Shown here: in pieces, positions 1 to 9,874 of the stretch
How the letters are laid out: each line of letters starts with the position of its first letter
Numbering within the stretch: the first letter of the stretch is position 1
Assembly (NCBI GenBank): GCA_021789935.1
Contig: JAJYIR010000012.1
Location: forward strand, 2,219 to 66,218
DNA length: 64,000 bases
Reading direction: 5' to 3'
Source: Nitrospirota bacterium
GTDB lineage: Bacteria; Nitrospirota; Thermodesulfovibrionia; Thermodesulfovibrionales; JdFR-88
Notes under the pieces: model-generated
Told to the model about the DNA's origin: nothing
Database searches by the model: none
What the model saw: only the letters and a program-made list of their open reading frames with translations
Position numbers and translations under genes: made by a program

Positions 1-135
1 TTCATGGAGGTTGAAAGAGCCCTTCTTTCAGAAAAGCTCGCCAAAAACGGCGATATAATCGTTATCACCGCCGGCATACCCAATAAACAGGGCACTACCC
101 GCCTGATGAAACTGCACGTTATAGGCAAAGAGTAA
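1..135 (+). CDS. pyk: Pyruvate kinase, C-terminal fragment (5' truncated by window)
   Basis: Frame 1 reads FMEVERALLSEKLAKNGDIIVITAGIPNKQGTTRLMKLHVIGKE*, matching the pyruvate kinase C-terminal pattern (GD.IVITAG.P...GTT.LMK.H). Confidence 0.75.
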   Translation, partial: FMEVERALLSEKLAKNGDIIVITAGIPNKQGTTRLMKLHVIGKE

Positions 136-182
136 CACCGCCGCTTTTCCGCCCGAACGCCCGGGAACCGCCATTAATTTCA

Positions 183-196
183 GTCATTTTTTTGAC
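183..196. promoter_or_regulatory. Candidate upstream activator site for a sigma54 enhancer-binding protein (FleQ/FlrA-box-like)
   Basis: GTCATTTTTTTGAC is GTCA-N6-TGAC, about 60 bp upstream of a sigma54 -24/-12 element. An IHF-like AAACAGATACTTA (240-252) lies between them. Confidence 0.45.
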
Positions 197-257
197 AAAC
201 TGCTCCCCGGACTGACCTCTTTTTAATTTTATTCATATAAAACAGATACTTATGTTC

Positions 258-273
258 TGGCATGGTATTTGTT
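258..273 (+). promoter_or_regulatory. Sigma54 (-24/-12) promoter of the fliL operon
   Basis: TGGCATGGTATTTGTT matches TGGCA-N6-TTGC with one mismatch (GT for GC at -12). Confidence 0.6.
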
Positions 274-330
274 TATTATTCTCACGAAGCGCAATTGAAA
301 CCATTCAAACAATGGAGGATGTCAAAAAAA

Positions 331-816
331 ATGCCTGACGAATTACAGAGTGAAGCCGCAGGCGGGCCCGCGGACCCCGGAAAAAAGAAATTTCCTCTTA
401 AAATGGTGCTGATAGGGGTGATTGCGGTGGTTGTTATAGGAGGGGCCGGGCTTTATCTCTTCAAGGGGGGCAAAAGCTTCAGCCACTCTTCAGCTTCTGC
501 TAAAAAGAAGGCGGATGCGGTCAGTCCTCTGGTTGCCCTGGAACCTTTCATCCTCAACCTGGCCGATCCCGGCAGGTTTTTAAAGATGACCTTGCAGTTT
601 GAAGTGACGGACGCGGCGGGCGAGCAGCTTGTAAATATGAATAAACCCCAGCTCAGGGACGCCATAATTACCCTTTTGGGCAGCGAGACCGTCGACGATA
701 TTTCTTCGGCTGACGGAAAGATGCAGCTTAAGGACCAGATAATTCTCAGGGCCAACCAGGAGTTGGGGAAGCCAGTGGTCAAGAACGTTTACTTTACGGA
801 ATTCGTGATGCAATGA
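331..816 (+). CDS. fliL: Flagellar basal body-associated protein FliL
   Basis: Single TM segment, LEPFILNLAD motif and C-terminal VYFTEFVMQ. Start moved from 262 to ATG 331 (GGAGG at 314-318); ATG 319 is also possible. Confidence 0.9.
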   Translation: MPDELQSEAAGGPADPGKKKFPLKMVLIGVIAVVVIGGAGLYLFKGGKSFSHSSASAKKKADAVSPLVALEPFILNLADPGRFLKMTLQFEVTDAAGEQLVNMNKPQLRDAIITLLGSETVDDISSADGKMQLKDQIILRANQELGKPVVKNVYFTEFVMQ

Positions 817-1805
817 GCGACGTACTTTCACAGGAAGAAGTCGATGCCCTGTTAAAGGGGGTAGACGCCGGCGATATAGATACGGAGGCGGTAGAGCGCA
901 AGGTCTCCGGGGTCCACAGCTACGATTTTACCAGCCAGGAGAGAATAATCCGCGGACGCATGCCCGGCCTGGAGATAGTGAACGAGCGGTTTTCAAGGCA
1001 TTTCAGGAATTCGCTTTCCAACCTCATCATGAGGTTCGTGGACATCAGCGTAAACAATATGCAGATCGTAAAGTTCGGCGAGTTCATGAAGAGCATCCCG
1101 TTTCCATCAAACATAAACGTATTCAAAATGAACCCGCTAAAAGGCTATGCGCTTGCCGTGATGGAGGCGCCCCTTGTCTTCGGTCTCGTCGAGTTCTTCT
1201 TTGGGGGCAGGAGCACCCCTTATGTGAAGTCTGAGGGGAGGTCCTTCACATCGATAGAGAACATGGTCATAAAGAAGATAACGAACCTTGTCCTTGCCGA
1301 CATCGCCGAGGCATGGTCCATTATCCTCAAGGCCAATCCTGAGTATGTGTTCTCGGAGATGAACCCGCAATTTGTCACCATCGCCACTCCAAGCGAGATA
1401 GTGATCAAGGTGGAGATCAACGTGGAGGTCGAGGACTTCATGGGGAAACTATTTCTTGCATTCCCGTATTCGATGATCGAGCCGGTAAAGGACAAGCTCA
1501 ATTCAGGCATACAGGGCGAAAAATTTGATATAGACGCCAGGTGGGTGTCCAAGCTCAAGGATACGCTGTTTGATTCAAAGGTGCTGGTGGCGGCCGAGCT
1601 GGGCCGGGCACAACTTACCTTCGGACAGGTACTGGACCTTGGGGTGGGCAGCGTCATAAAAATAGGCAAATCGGTTGAAGACGAACTGGATGTACGCGTA
1701 CAGGGCGTCCGTAAATTTATGGGCCGTCCCGGCCAATGCAGGGGCAATCAGGCGGTCAAGGTAACCAGGGTCATCGAGCCCAAGGCAAAAGAGGAGAGCT
1801 TATGA
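813..1805 (+). CDS. fliM: Flagellar motor switch protein FliM
   Basis: N-terminal [10 protein letters not shown] CheY-binding peptide, FFGG motif, C-terminal SpoA domain. Confidence 0.95.
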   Translation: MSDVLSQEEVDALLKGVDAGDIDTEAVERKVSGVHSYDFTSQERIIRGRMPGLEIVNERFSRHFRNSLSNLIMRFVDISVNNMQIVKFGEFMKSIPFPSNINVFKMNPLKGYALAVMEAPLVFGLVEFFFGGRSTPYVKSEGRSFTSIENMVIKKITNLVLADIAEAWSIILKANPEYVFSEMNPQFVTIATPSEIVIKVEINVEVEDFMGKLFLAFPYSMIEPVKDKLNSGIQGEKFDIDARWVSKLKDTLFDSKVLVAAELGRAQLTFGQVLDLGVGSVIKIGKSVEDELDVRVQGVRKFMGRPGQCRGNQAVKVTRVIEPKAKEESL

Positions 1806-2137
1806 ACGAAGAAAGCAAATTAAAGGAGCTTCAGGAGGAGGCAGCCGCTCCGCAGGAGCCTGTTAAAGGCCAGCAGCCCAAAGACATAGATTTTCTGCTG
1901 GACATACCGCTTGAGGTTACAGTGGAGCTTGGCAATACGCGGATGCTGATAAGGGACTTGCTTCAGCTTGGGCAAGGGTCTGTAGTGGAGCTGGAAAAGC
2001 TTGCGGGAGAGCCTTTGGAGGTGCTTGTGAACGGCAAGCTGGTGGCCAGGGGAGAGGTCGTTGTGATCAACGAGAAATTCGGAGTCCGTCTTACGGACAT
2101 AATAAGTCCCGTCGAGAGAATAAGGAATCTCAGATGA
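1802..2137 (+). CDS. fliN: Flagellar motor switch protein FliN
   Basis: [13 protein letters not shown] and [21 protein letters not shown] motifs. Start set at ATG 1802, overlapping the fliM stop. Confidence 0.95.
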   Translation: MNEESKLKELQEEAAAPQEPVKGQQPKDIDFLLDIPLEVTVELGNTRMLIRDLLQLGQGSVVELEKLAGEPLEVLVNGKLVARGEVVVINEKFGVRLTDIISPVERIRNLR

Positions 2138-2418
2138 TACTGACTTACTTAAGAATGTTCGCCGCGCTGGGCCTGGTCATAGGCCTCATATATGCGGCGG
2201 CCGCATTCGTAAGGAAACGCCAGGGCAAGCCCGGCATTCTCAGCATGCTGGCATACCAGGGGTTCGGGCCCAAAAAAGGGATCGCCCTGATGAGACTCGG
2301 AAATGACGTCCTCCTGGTGGGCGTCACTCCAACGGAACTTAAGCTGATGAAGATATATTCCAGCCGGGAGCTGGAGCTTGAGAGCACGGAACCGCGGAAA
2401 AAGGACGGGACCCTATGA
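2134..2418 (+). CDS. fliO: Flagellar biosynthesis protein FliO
   Basis: Short TM followed by [19 protein letters not shown]; lies between fliN and fliP. Confidence 0.8.
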   Translation: MILTYLRMFAALGLVIGLIYAAAAFVRKRQGKPGILSMLAYQGFGPKKGIALMRLGNDVLLVGVTPTELKLMKIYSSRELELESTEPRKKDGTL

Positions 2419-3068
2419 GCTTCAATTCGCCAAACTCCATGGTCGGAGTCTTTTTCCTTATAAGCTTCCTGTCTGTCCTTCCGGCCATATTGATAATGTT
2501 CACATCCTTTACGAGGATAGTGATAGTGCTGTCATTCATGCGCCAGGCCATCGGCGGACAGCAGATACCGCCGAACCAGGTGATAATAGGCCTTTCGATA
2601 TTCCTGACGCTCTTCATCATGTCGCCTACTCTGAATACGATAACCAAGAACGCCCTTAACCCGTACATCGCGAAGCAGATACCCATGCAGGAGGCCCTTG
2701 ACAGGGCCGCTCCTCCCATAAAGACCTTCATGCTGAAACAAACCAGGCAGAAGGACCTGGCGCTGTTTGTGAAGATAGCCAGGCAGGACAATTTTGACGG
2801 GATGAACATAACGAACCCGCAGGGCCTGCCGTTGAGGGTAATAGTGCCGGCGTTTGTGATAAGCGAGCTTAAAACAGCATTCGAGATCGGGTTTCTGATT
2901 TATCTGCCCTTTCTGGTCATAGACATGATAGTCTCCAGTATCCTGCTTTCCATGGGTATGATGATGCTGCCGCCGTCGCTCATATCCTTGCCCTTCAAGC
3001 TGCTGCTGTTCGTGCTTGTGGACGGATGGAACCTGGTTACCGGATCAATAATAAGGAGCTTCCATTGA
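2415..3068 (+). CDS. fliP: Flagellar export gate protein FliP
   Basis: TSFTRIVIVLS, PPNQV, PAFVISELKTAFEIGF and FVLVDGW motifs. Confidence 0.95.
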   Translation: MSFNSPNSMVGVFFLISFLSVLPAILIMFTSFTRIVIVLSFMRQAIGGQQIPPNQVIIGLSIFLTLFIMSPTLNTITKNALNPYIAKQIPMQEALDRAAPPIKTFMLKQTRQKDLALFVKIARQDNFDGMNITNPQGLPLRVIVPAFVISELKTAFEIGFLIYLPFLVIDMIVSSILLSMGMMMLPPSLISLPFKLLLFVLVDGWNLVTGSIIRSFH

Positions 3069-3334
3069 ACGCGGACGTTTTAAGGGAAATATCTGCCCAG
3101 GCTTTCAAGACGATACTGCTTGCCTCGGGCCCTATGCTGCTCGTCAGTCTTATTACCGGGCTCCTGATAAGCATTTTCCAGGCCGTGACCCAGATACAGG
3201 AATTTACTCTCACTTTCGTGCCCAAGATAATAGCTGTCTTTGTATGCCTGTTTGTCATGGCCCCCTGGCTTACCAAGATCATGGTCGATTACACGCACGA
3301 CCTAATAACCAATATCCCCAATTACGTGAGGTGA
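3065..3334 (+). CDS. fliQ: Flagellar export gate protein FliQ
   Basis: GLLISIFQAVTQIQEFTLTFVPKI motif. Probable TTG start at 3065. Confidence 0.92.
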   Translation: MNADVLREISAQAFKTILLASGPMLLVSLITGLLISIFQAVTQIQEFTLTFVPKIIAVFVCLFVMAPWLTKIMVDYTHDLITNIPNYVR

Positions 3335-3345
3335 AGGGTTTTTTT

Positions 3346-4116
3346 ATGCAGGCGGCAGACATGAACATATTCGCATCTTACCTCCCGGTTTTCCTCCTCG
3401 TGCTTTTACGCACCGGGACCGCGATCGCCTTTCTGCCCTTTTTCTCCAGCACCCTTTTCCCGCTTCGTATTCGCATAGTTTTCGCTGTTGTGCTTGCCCT
3501 TGTGCTCACGCCGGTTGTGAATTTTCCCATGCCATCAAGGCCCGAAATAGCGGGCGTGATCATAAGGGAGGTCATTTTCGGCATGGCGATAGGGTTTTGT
3601 TTCAGGCTCGTGTTTTTCGCAGTGGAGATGGCCGCTCAGATCATGAGCGTTTCGATGGGGCTTTCCATGGCCACTATCCTTAACCCGGAGCTCGGCCAGG
3701 CCACCGAGCTCACTACGCTGTACAGTATGCTGGCAATGCTTTTTTTTCTTAGTGTGAACGGGCACTATGAGCTTATATATGCCTTTGTAAGGAGCTTCGA
3801 GTGGGCCCCGCCGGGGAATGTCTCCATCAGCCGTTTGGCCCCCGCGGTTCTCGGCATGGCGGGCAAGATGTTCGTTATCTCTTTTAAGCTGGCCGCTCCT
3901 ATTATCATAGCGGGGCTGGCGGTCAACCTTCTTCTTGGTTTTATGCAGAAGGCGGCCCCGCAGATGAATATCTTTTTCGTGGCCTATCCCTTGTATATGA
4001 TTGTGGGTTTTGTGTTGCTGATACTGGGGCTTCCGGTATTCATGAACGTAATAGGTTCTTATTTTGACGGCGCAAGAAGCGACGTGTTCAGGATCATTTC
4101 GCTGGCTAAAGGATAA
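3346..4116 (+). CDS. fliR: Flagellar export gate protein FliR
   Basis: Polytopic membrane protein with KAAPQMNIFFVAYP. Start set at ATG 3346 (3361 possible). Confidence 0.92.
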   Translation: MQAADMNIFASYLPVFLLVLLRTGTAIAFLPFFSSTLFPLRIRIVFAVVLALVLTPVVNFPMPSRPEIAGVIIREVIFGMAIGFCFRLVFFAVEMAAQIMSVSMGLSMATILNPELGQATELTTLYSMLAMLFFLSVNGHYELIYAFVRSFEWAPPGNVSISRLAPAVLGMAGKMFVISFKLAAPIIIAGLAVNLLLGFMQKAAPQMNIFFVAYPLYMIVGFVLLILGLPVFMNVIGSYFDGARSDVFRIISLAKG

Positions 4117-4124
4117 AGAGGGCA

Positions 4125-5159
4125 ATGGCCGAAAACGACGAACGAACAGAACAAGCGACGCCCCGGAAAAGGCAGCAGGCCAGGGAAAAGGGGCAGGTCG
4201 CAAAAAGCCGCGAACTTGGTCCGATGGCCGCCACAGCCGGCATCATCGCGGTGTTCTATTTCGACGGCCCCTCGGTAATTGCCAGGGTTTCCACGATGAC
4301 CGGTAAATTCCTGTCGCTTAGTTACGGGACGGACCCCATCGCGGTGGCGAAGGTGGCCGCGATCGGCATGTTCTACATACTCATGCCATTCCTCGGACTG
4401 GCCTTCGTGCTGGCCCTCGGCACCGGGTTTGCCCAGGGCGGGCTTGTGATTAAACCCCTGAGTTTCGAGGTAGACAAACTGAACCCCGCTTCGGGGTTGT
4501 CCAGGATGTTTTCAATGAACGGTTTCATCGAGCTGGGAAAGAGCTTTTTTAAATTCCTGCTGGGGGGCGCGGTCCTTTATGCCGCCATAAAGAAGGCCTT
4601 TCGGGTACTGCCCGCCACTCAGGCCATGGGCGTTGGCGCCCTGGAGAAGACTGCCTTTTCCTTCATATCCAAGGCGGTGCTGGATGCATTCGGGATTTTC
4701 CTTGTCATAGCGTTGGCCGATTATGTTGTCGAGAGGTTCAGGTTCGAGCGCTCCATACGCATGAGCAAGGAGGAAATAAAGCAGGAATACAGGGAAAGCG
4801 AAGGCGACCCGGTAATAAAATCCAGGATCAAGAGCCTTCGCAGAGAGGCCGCAAGGAAGAGAATGATGCAGGAAGTGCCCAAGGCCACGGTTGTCATTAC
4901 GAACCCCACTCATCTGGCAGTGGCACTTCTTTACGACAAAGAATCGACCCCTGCTCCGAAGGTAATAGCGAAAGGCGCCGGTTATGTGGCGGCAAGGATC
5001 AAGGAGATCGCAGCGGAGCACGGAGTGCCCATAGTGGAGGACAAGCCGGTCGCAAGGGCGTTGTTCAAACAGGATTTGAATTCCTACATCCCGGAGGAGC
5101 TTTACAAGGCGGTGGCAAAGATAATAGCCTACGTTTTCAAGCTCAAGAGAAAGGTCTGA
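4125..5159 (+). CDS. flhB: Flagellar export switch protein FlhB
   Basis: TEQATPRK, EGDP and NPTH autocleavage motif. Confidence 0.95.
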   Translation: MAENDERTEQATPRKRQQAREKGQVAKSRELGPMAATAGIIAVFYFDGPSVIARVSTMTGKFLSLSYGTDPIAVAKVAAIGMFYILMPFLGLAFVLALGTGFAQGGLVIKPLSFEVDKLNPASGLSRMFSMNGFIELGKSFFKFLLGGAVLYAAIKKAFRVLPATQAMGVGALEKTAFSFISKAVLDAFGIFLVIALADYVVERFRFERSIRMSKEEIKQEYRESEGDPVIKSRIKSLRREAARKRMMQEVPKATVVITNPTHLAVALLYDKESTPAPKVIAKGAGYVAARIKEIAAEHGVPIVEDKPVARALFKQDLNSYIPEELYKAVAKIIAYVFKLKRKV

Positions 5160-5168
5160 GGGCAAGAA

Positions 5169-7205
5169 ATGAAATTCCTTACACTGATCAAAGAAAGGTC
5201 TGACCTGGTGGTAGCCACAGGCGTGATGGGCATACTGGCCGTCATGATATTGCCGGTGCCGCCTTTCCTGCTGGACCTCTTCCTGTCCCTTTCCATCTGC
5301 CTGGCGATCATCATTCTTGTCACTGGGATCTACGTCAAGAGACCTCTGGATTTCTCGGTCTTTCCCTCCGTACTGCTCCTGGTCACTCTCTACAGGCTTT
5401 CCCTTGAGGTCGCCTCTACCAGGCTCATCCTTCTTAATGGAAGTGACGGGCCGGATGCCGCAGGAACCGTGATAAAGTCCTTCGGCAAGTTCATTGTGGG
5501 CGGCAACAGCGCCGTGGGTTTTATAGTTTTTCTTATCCTGATAGTAATAAATTTTGTCGTCATAACAAAGGGCTCCGGAAGAGTGGCCGAGGTGGCCGCA
5601 CGGTTTACCCTTGATGCTATGCCCGGCAAGCAGATGGCTATAGACGCCGATTTGAATGCAGGACTCATAGACGAGGAGGAGGCCAGGAGAAGACGCTCCC
5701 AGATATCCAGAGAGGCGGATTTTTATGGCGCAATGGACGGCTCAAGCAAATTCGTCCGGGGCGACGCCATCGCCGGGCTCGTTATAACCGCCATAAACAT
5801 TGTAGGGGGGCTTGTGATAGGGATATTCCAAAAGGGTATGCCTATCGCCCAGGCCGCAAATACATACACCATCCTGACCATAGGCGACGGACTTGTCTCC
5901 CAGATCCCCGCCCTGCTGGTGTCCACGGCGGCCGGTATAATCGTGACCCGCGCGGGCCAGGAGAGGGACCTTGCAAAAGAGATAACGAACCAGCTCATAT
6001 TTAACCCTAAGGCCCTGGGTAGCGCGGCCGGCATAATGGTCTTACTCGGATTGATACCCGGGTTGCCCCATGTGCCTTTTTTCCTTCTGTCCGTCTCCTC
6101 CGGGGCGCTCGCCTACGCGATAAACAAGGCCGAGCCGGATGAGAAACAGGACCCGGTCCTAAAACCCCAGGCGCCCCAGGAAAGCCCGCTGGAAAAGTTC
6201 CTTGAGATAGAACCGCTCACTCTGGAGATCGGCTACGGGATCATCCCGCTTGTGGAGTCAGAGGGCTCGGAGCTCCTTGGCAAGATCAAGGCCTTAAGAA
6301 GGCAGCTTGCGTCCGAGCTTGGCTTCATAGCCCCTTCCATTCATATAAAGGACAACCTGCAGCTGAGACCGCATGAATACAGTTTCCTCATCAGGGGTGT
6401 GGAGGTAGGCAAAGGCGAAGTCATGCCCGGCTATTATCTTGCCGTGACCAGCGCCGAGGCCACGAAAATAGAAGGCATACCCGCGAAGGAGCCCGCCTTC
6501 GGGCTTCCGGCCCTATGGATAAAGGAAGCCGGGAAGGAGAATGCCCGGATGAGCGGCTACACCGTCGTGGATCCGGCTACCGTCATAGCCACACACCTTA
6601 CGGAGCTTATAAGAAGCCATGCATGGGAGCTGCTTACAAGGAGCGAGGTCCAGGGGCTCTTAAACACTCTGTCCAAGAACAATCCCAAGATAGTCGACGA
6701 GCTTTTGCCCACGCACATCTCGCTTGGCGGAGTGCAGCGTGTGCTTCAGAACCTGCTGAAGGAGCGGGTACCCATAAACGACATGCTAACCATAGTGGAA
6801 ACGCTGCTGGATTATGCGCCCACCACAAAAGACACCGAAATGCTGTCCGAGTTCGTAAGGCAGTCTCTGGCCAGGTTCATAAGCAGGCAGTACTTGTCGG
6901 AGACGGGCGATATCAAGGTCATGGCCCTTGATCCGCGTTTCGAAAAGGCCATCGCCCAGTCGGCCGAGGCCGGCGGGATTGTAAATCCGGAGACCGTTCA
7001 CAGGCTGATAAAGGCCATCGAATCTGCCGTAAGGGACGGAAAGTTCCGCGGCATGCAGCCCATAATACTCTGCTCATCACACGTAAGAAGGCTCGTAAGG
7101 AAAATCATGGAGAAGTTCATTCCTTCTCTCGTCGTCCTTTCTAATGCCGAAATAGCGCCATCCGTGAAAATCTATACAACCGGGGTCCTGAAATATGAAG
7201 ATTAG
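5169..7205 (+). CDS. flhA: Flagellar export apparatus protein FlhA
   Basis: RVAEVAARFTLDAMPGKQMAIDADLNAG FHIPEP signature. Confidence 0.97.
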   Translation: MKFLTLIKERSDLVVATGVMGILAVMILPVPPFLLDLFLSLSICLAIIILVTGIYVKRPLDFSVFPSVLLLVTLYRLSLEVASTRLILLNGSDGPDAAGTVIKSFGKFIVGGNSAVGFIVFLILIVINFVVITKGSGRVAEVAARFTLDAMPGKQMAIDADLNAGLIDEEEARRRRSQISREADFYGAMDGSSKFVRGDAIAGLVITAINIVGGLVIGIFQKGMPIAQAANTYTILTIGDGLVSQIPALLVSTAAGIIVTRAGQERDLAKEITNQLIFNPKALGSAAGIMVLLGLIPGLPHVPFFLLSVSSGALAYAINKAEPDEKQDPVLKPQAPQESPLEKFLEIEPLTLEIGYGIIPLVESEGSELLGKIKALRRQLASELGFIAPSIHIKDNLQLRPHEYSFLIRGVEVGKGEVMPGYYLAVTSAEATKIEGIPAKEPAFGLPALWIKEAGKENARMSGYTVVDPATVIATHLTELIRSHAWELLTRSEVQGLLNTLSKNNPKIVDELLPTHISLGGVQRVLQNLLKERVPINDMLTIVETLLDYAPTTKDTEMLSEFVRQSLARFISRQYLSETGDIKVMALDPRFEKAIAQSAEAGGIVNPETVHRLIKAIESAVRDGKFRGMQPIILCSSHVRRLVRKIMEKFIPSLVVLSNAEIAPSVKIYTTGVLKYED

Positions 7206-8277
7206 AAAATTCAAAGCAAAAAACTTTGCCGAGGCGCTGGAGCTTGTGCGCAAAGAGCTTAGCGAGGATGCCGTCATACTCTCAACTGAAGAAAAAAGCG
7301 GCATGAGGCCGTTTGTCGAGGTGACTGCTGCGGTGGATTTCGACCTGGACAGGGCTCCCGGGCAGGCGGCAGCCGCCGCGACCGCCCCGGGCGACAGCGC
7401 GGAGGCCGGATTTCTGCGCTTCAGGGACGAGATGGCCGGACAGTTCAAATCGGAAATAAACGAGCTTAAGGCCGCAATCCACGATATGAAGATCGGAGGT
7501 GTACTCAACTCTTCCATGGACCGCGGGAAAAAATCGCTCCTTAATTATCTCCGGGAAAGGAAGATAAAGGACGAGTTTGCGATAAGGCTTTGCGAAAAGG
7601 CAAAGGACTTGAAAGATCTCCATCGGATTATAGCGGCGGACCTCAGGACGAAGCGCGAACGCGGCGGGAAAAAGGCGTTCATGCTGATAGGGCCCACCGG
7701 CGTCGGGAAGACCACCACCGTGGCCAAGCTCTGCGCCAGGGCCATAAAGGAAGGCAAAAGGGCCGCCATCATAAACCTGGACACTTACAGGATAGGCGCG
7801 GGGGAACAGGCCAGGATCTATGCCCGCATAATGGGCATTCCGCTTGCGACCGCGTCGACCCCCGCGGAGCTGAGGAGCCATGCCGCCGGTTTCGCAAAGA
7901 CCAGGGACGTTATATTTATAGACACTACCGGCAGAAACCCCAGGGATGATTCATATATCGAGTATATCGGCAATATGTGCGCCGCAGTCCCGGCGGACCT
8001 GGCGCCCATGGAGTTGCATCTGCTCATGAGCGCCTCAAGCGATGATGAATTCATGACCGAGGCTTACTCCAGCTACAAGAGGCTGCCTCTTGATTGCATA
8101 TCGTTTACGAAGGTGGACGAGGCTGTCAGGTTCGGTTCCATATATAACCTGCAGATGGTCTACGGAAAGCCTGTGGCTTATATTGCCACGGGGCAGAGAG
8201 TGCCTGATGACATAGAGTTCCTGAATGAGACGACCCTTGGGAACCTGATACTCGCGAAAGGATGCTATAAATGCTGA
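7195..8277 (+). CDS. flhF: Flagellar SRP-family GTPase FlhF
   Basis: GPTGVGKTTT, DTYRIGA, DTTGR, TKVDE and GQRVPDD motifs. Confidence 0.93.
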   Translation: MKIRKFKAKNFAEALELVRKELSEDAVILSTEEKSGMRPFVEVTAAVDFDLDRAPGQAAAAATAPGDSAEAGFLRFRDEMAGQFKSEINELKAAIHDMKIGGVLNSSMDRGKKSLLNYLRERKIKDEFAIRLCEKAKDLKDLHRIIAADLRTKRERGGKKAFMLIGPTGVGKTTTVAKLCARAIKEGKRAAIINLDTYRIGAGEQARIYARIMGIPLATASTPAELRSHAAGFAKTRDVIFIDTTGRNPRDDSYIEYIGNMCAAVPADLAPMELHLLMSASSDDEFMTEAYSSYKRLPLDCISFTKVDEAVRFGSIYNLQMVYGKPVAYIATGQRVPDDIEFLNETTLGNLILAKGCYKC

Positions 8278-9107
8278 AGAAAAACGGGAAGGGGCAGGTA
8301 AAAACGCTGGCCGTTGCGAGCGGAAAGGGTGGCGTTGGGAAGACCAACGTGGTGATTAACCTCGCGGTGGCCGCAAGCAGGCTCGGGAAAAAAGTGATAA
8401 TCCTGGATGCTGACCTTGGATTGAGCAATGTGGACGTGATGTTGCAGCTCGCCCCCAGGTATAACATCCAGCACGTATTGTCCGGCGAGAAATCGCTGGC
8501 GGAAATAATGGCCGACGGGCCGCACGGGATAAAAGTCCTCCCGGCCAGCTCCGGCGTCCAGGAATTGACCTCCCTTGACGAGTTTCAAAGACTCAAGATA
8601 ATGGAGGAGTTCGACGCCTATACGGGGGATTTCGACCTGCTCATCATAGACACGGCTGCGGGCATTTCGGAGAACGTGGCGTTTTTCTGTGTTGCGGCCC
8701 AGGAGACTGTGATCGTCACTTCGCCCGAACCCACGGCCCTCACAGACGCGTATGCGCTCATCAAGGTCCTTTTCACCCGCTACCAGGAGCGCGAATTCAG
8801 CATAATGGTGAATTCCGTCAGGGGCCCGGAGGAGGCCTACGATGTGTTCAAAAGGCTGATGATGGTTACCGGGAAATTCCTGAACGTGTCGCTTAATTAC
8901 CTCGGATACATTCCGTTCGACGGTTCAATCAGAAAGGCCGTAAGGGCGCAAAGGCCGTTCATAGACATGTTTCCCTCCAGCGACGCCTCCCGGCAGGTCT
9001 GCGGAATGGCGGAAAAAATCATGGAATCCAATGGCAAGGTAAAGGGGTCGCTTCAGTTCTTCCTTGGCAATATGATATCCGGAACGGGTCCGGCGAGGTG
9101 CAAATGA
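8271..9107 (+). CDS. flhG: MinD-like flagellar number regulator FlhG/FleN
   Basis: SGKGGVGKT, DADLGL and PEPTALTDAYALIK motifs; follows flhF. Confidence 0.92.
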   Translation: MLKKNGKGQVKTLAVASGKGGVGKTNVVINLAVAASRLGKKVIILDADLGLSNVDVMLQLAPRYNIQHVLSGEKSLAEIMADGPHGIKVLPASSGVQELTSLDEFQRLKIMEEFDAYTGDFDLLIIDTAAGISENVAFFCVAAQETVIVTSPEPTALTDAYALIKVLFTRYQEREFSIMVNSVRGPEEAYDVFKRLMMVTGKFLNVSLNYLGYIPFDGSIRKAVRAQRPFIDMFPSSDASRQVCGMAEKIMESNGKVKGSLQFFLGNMISGTGPARCK

Positions 9108-9820
9108 TAAGCTATGCCTTGATGAACGAAGAGGAGAAGGAAGCCCTGATAAAGGAGTTCCTTCCGTTCATCAAGTATACGGCATACAGGCTTGCCTGGA
9201 GGCTCCCGGTACATCTTACGGCCGAGGACCTGATAAGCGTAGGGACCATGGGGCTGCTGGACGCGGTCAGGCGCTATGACCAGGAGAGGGCGAGGCTGAA
9301 GACATTCGTGGAATTCCGCATTAAGGGGGCCATGCTCGATGAAATAAGGGCAAACGATATGGTCCCCAAATCCATGAAGAAGAAGATAGACTCGCTAAGG
9401 AAGACCCACGCCAGGCTCGAAAAGGAGCTTTGCCGCCTGCCTTCGGAGGAAGAAATAGCCAAGGCGCTGGACATCACGGTGGAGGAATATCACCAGACTC
9501 TGCAGGACGCAAACAACTGCATCGTGCTGAGGTTTGAGGATTTCAAGGGCAACAATGATGACGGAGACCTGGACATCGCCGATTGCCTTAGTGACAAGGA
9601 GGCAAAAAATCCGCTGGAGCTCCTGGAGGACACAAAGCTCAGGGAGGCGCTGGCGGGGGCCATTGACCGGCTTCAGGAGAAAGAAAAGAAGATACTTTCT
9701 CTTTATTACTGGGATGAACTGACCATGAAAGAGATAGCCAATGTGCTTGATCTGACCGAGGGGAGGGTCTCTCAGCTCCATAAACAGGCCCTTTTAAGGC
9801 TCAAGGCGCAGTTCGGGTAA
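9098..9820 (+). CDS. fliA: Flagellar sigma factor sigma28 (FliA/WhiG)
   Basis: RIKGAMLDEIR and ELTMKEIA..LDLTEGRVSQLH motifs. Start could be 9104 or 9122. Confidence 0.93.
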   Translation: MQMISYALMNEEEKEALIKEFLPFIKYTAYRLAWRLPVHLTAEDLISVGTMGLLDAVRRYDQERARLKTFVEFRIKGAMLDEIRANDMVPKSMKKKIDSLRKTHARLEKELCRLPSEEEIAKALDITVEEYHQTLQDANNCIVLRFEDFKGNNDDGDLDIADCLSDKEAKNPLELLEDTKLREALAGAIDRLQEKEKKILSLYYWDELTMKEIANVLDLTEGRVSQLHKQALLRLKAQFG

Positions 9821-9874
9821 AGAAAAGGGCCAGGATTGACGATATATATATTTAAAACAGGAGAAAATTGAACA

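Noticed and set aside
262-330. Longer ORF-track starts (fliL 262, and similarly fliN 1736, fliR 3244, 35103, fliC 38412, moaA 52203, modC 54707)
   Set aside because: The extensions overlap promoters or upstream genes. Downstream starts have an SD or coupling and match family N-termini.
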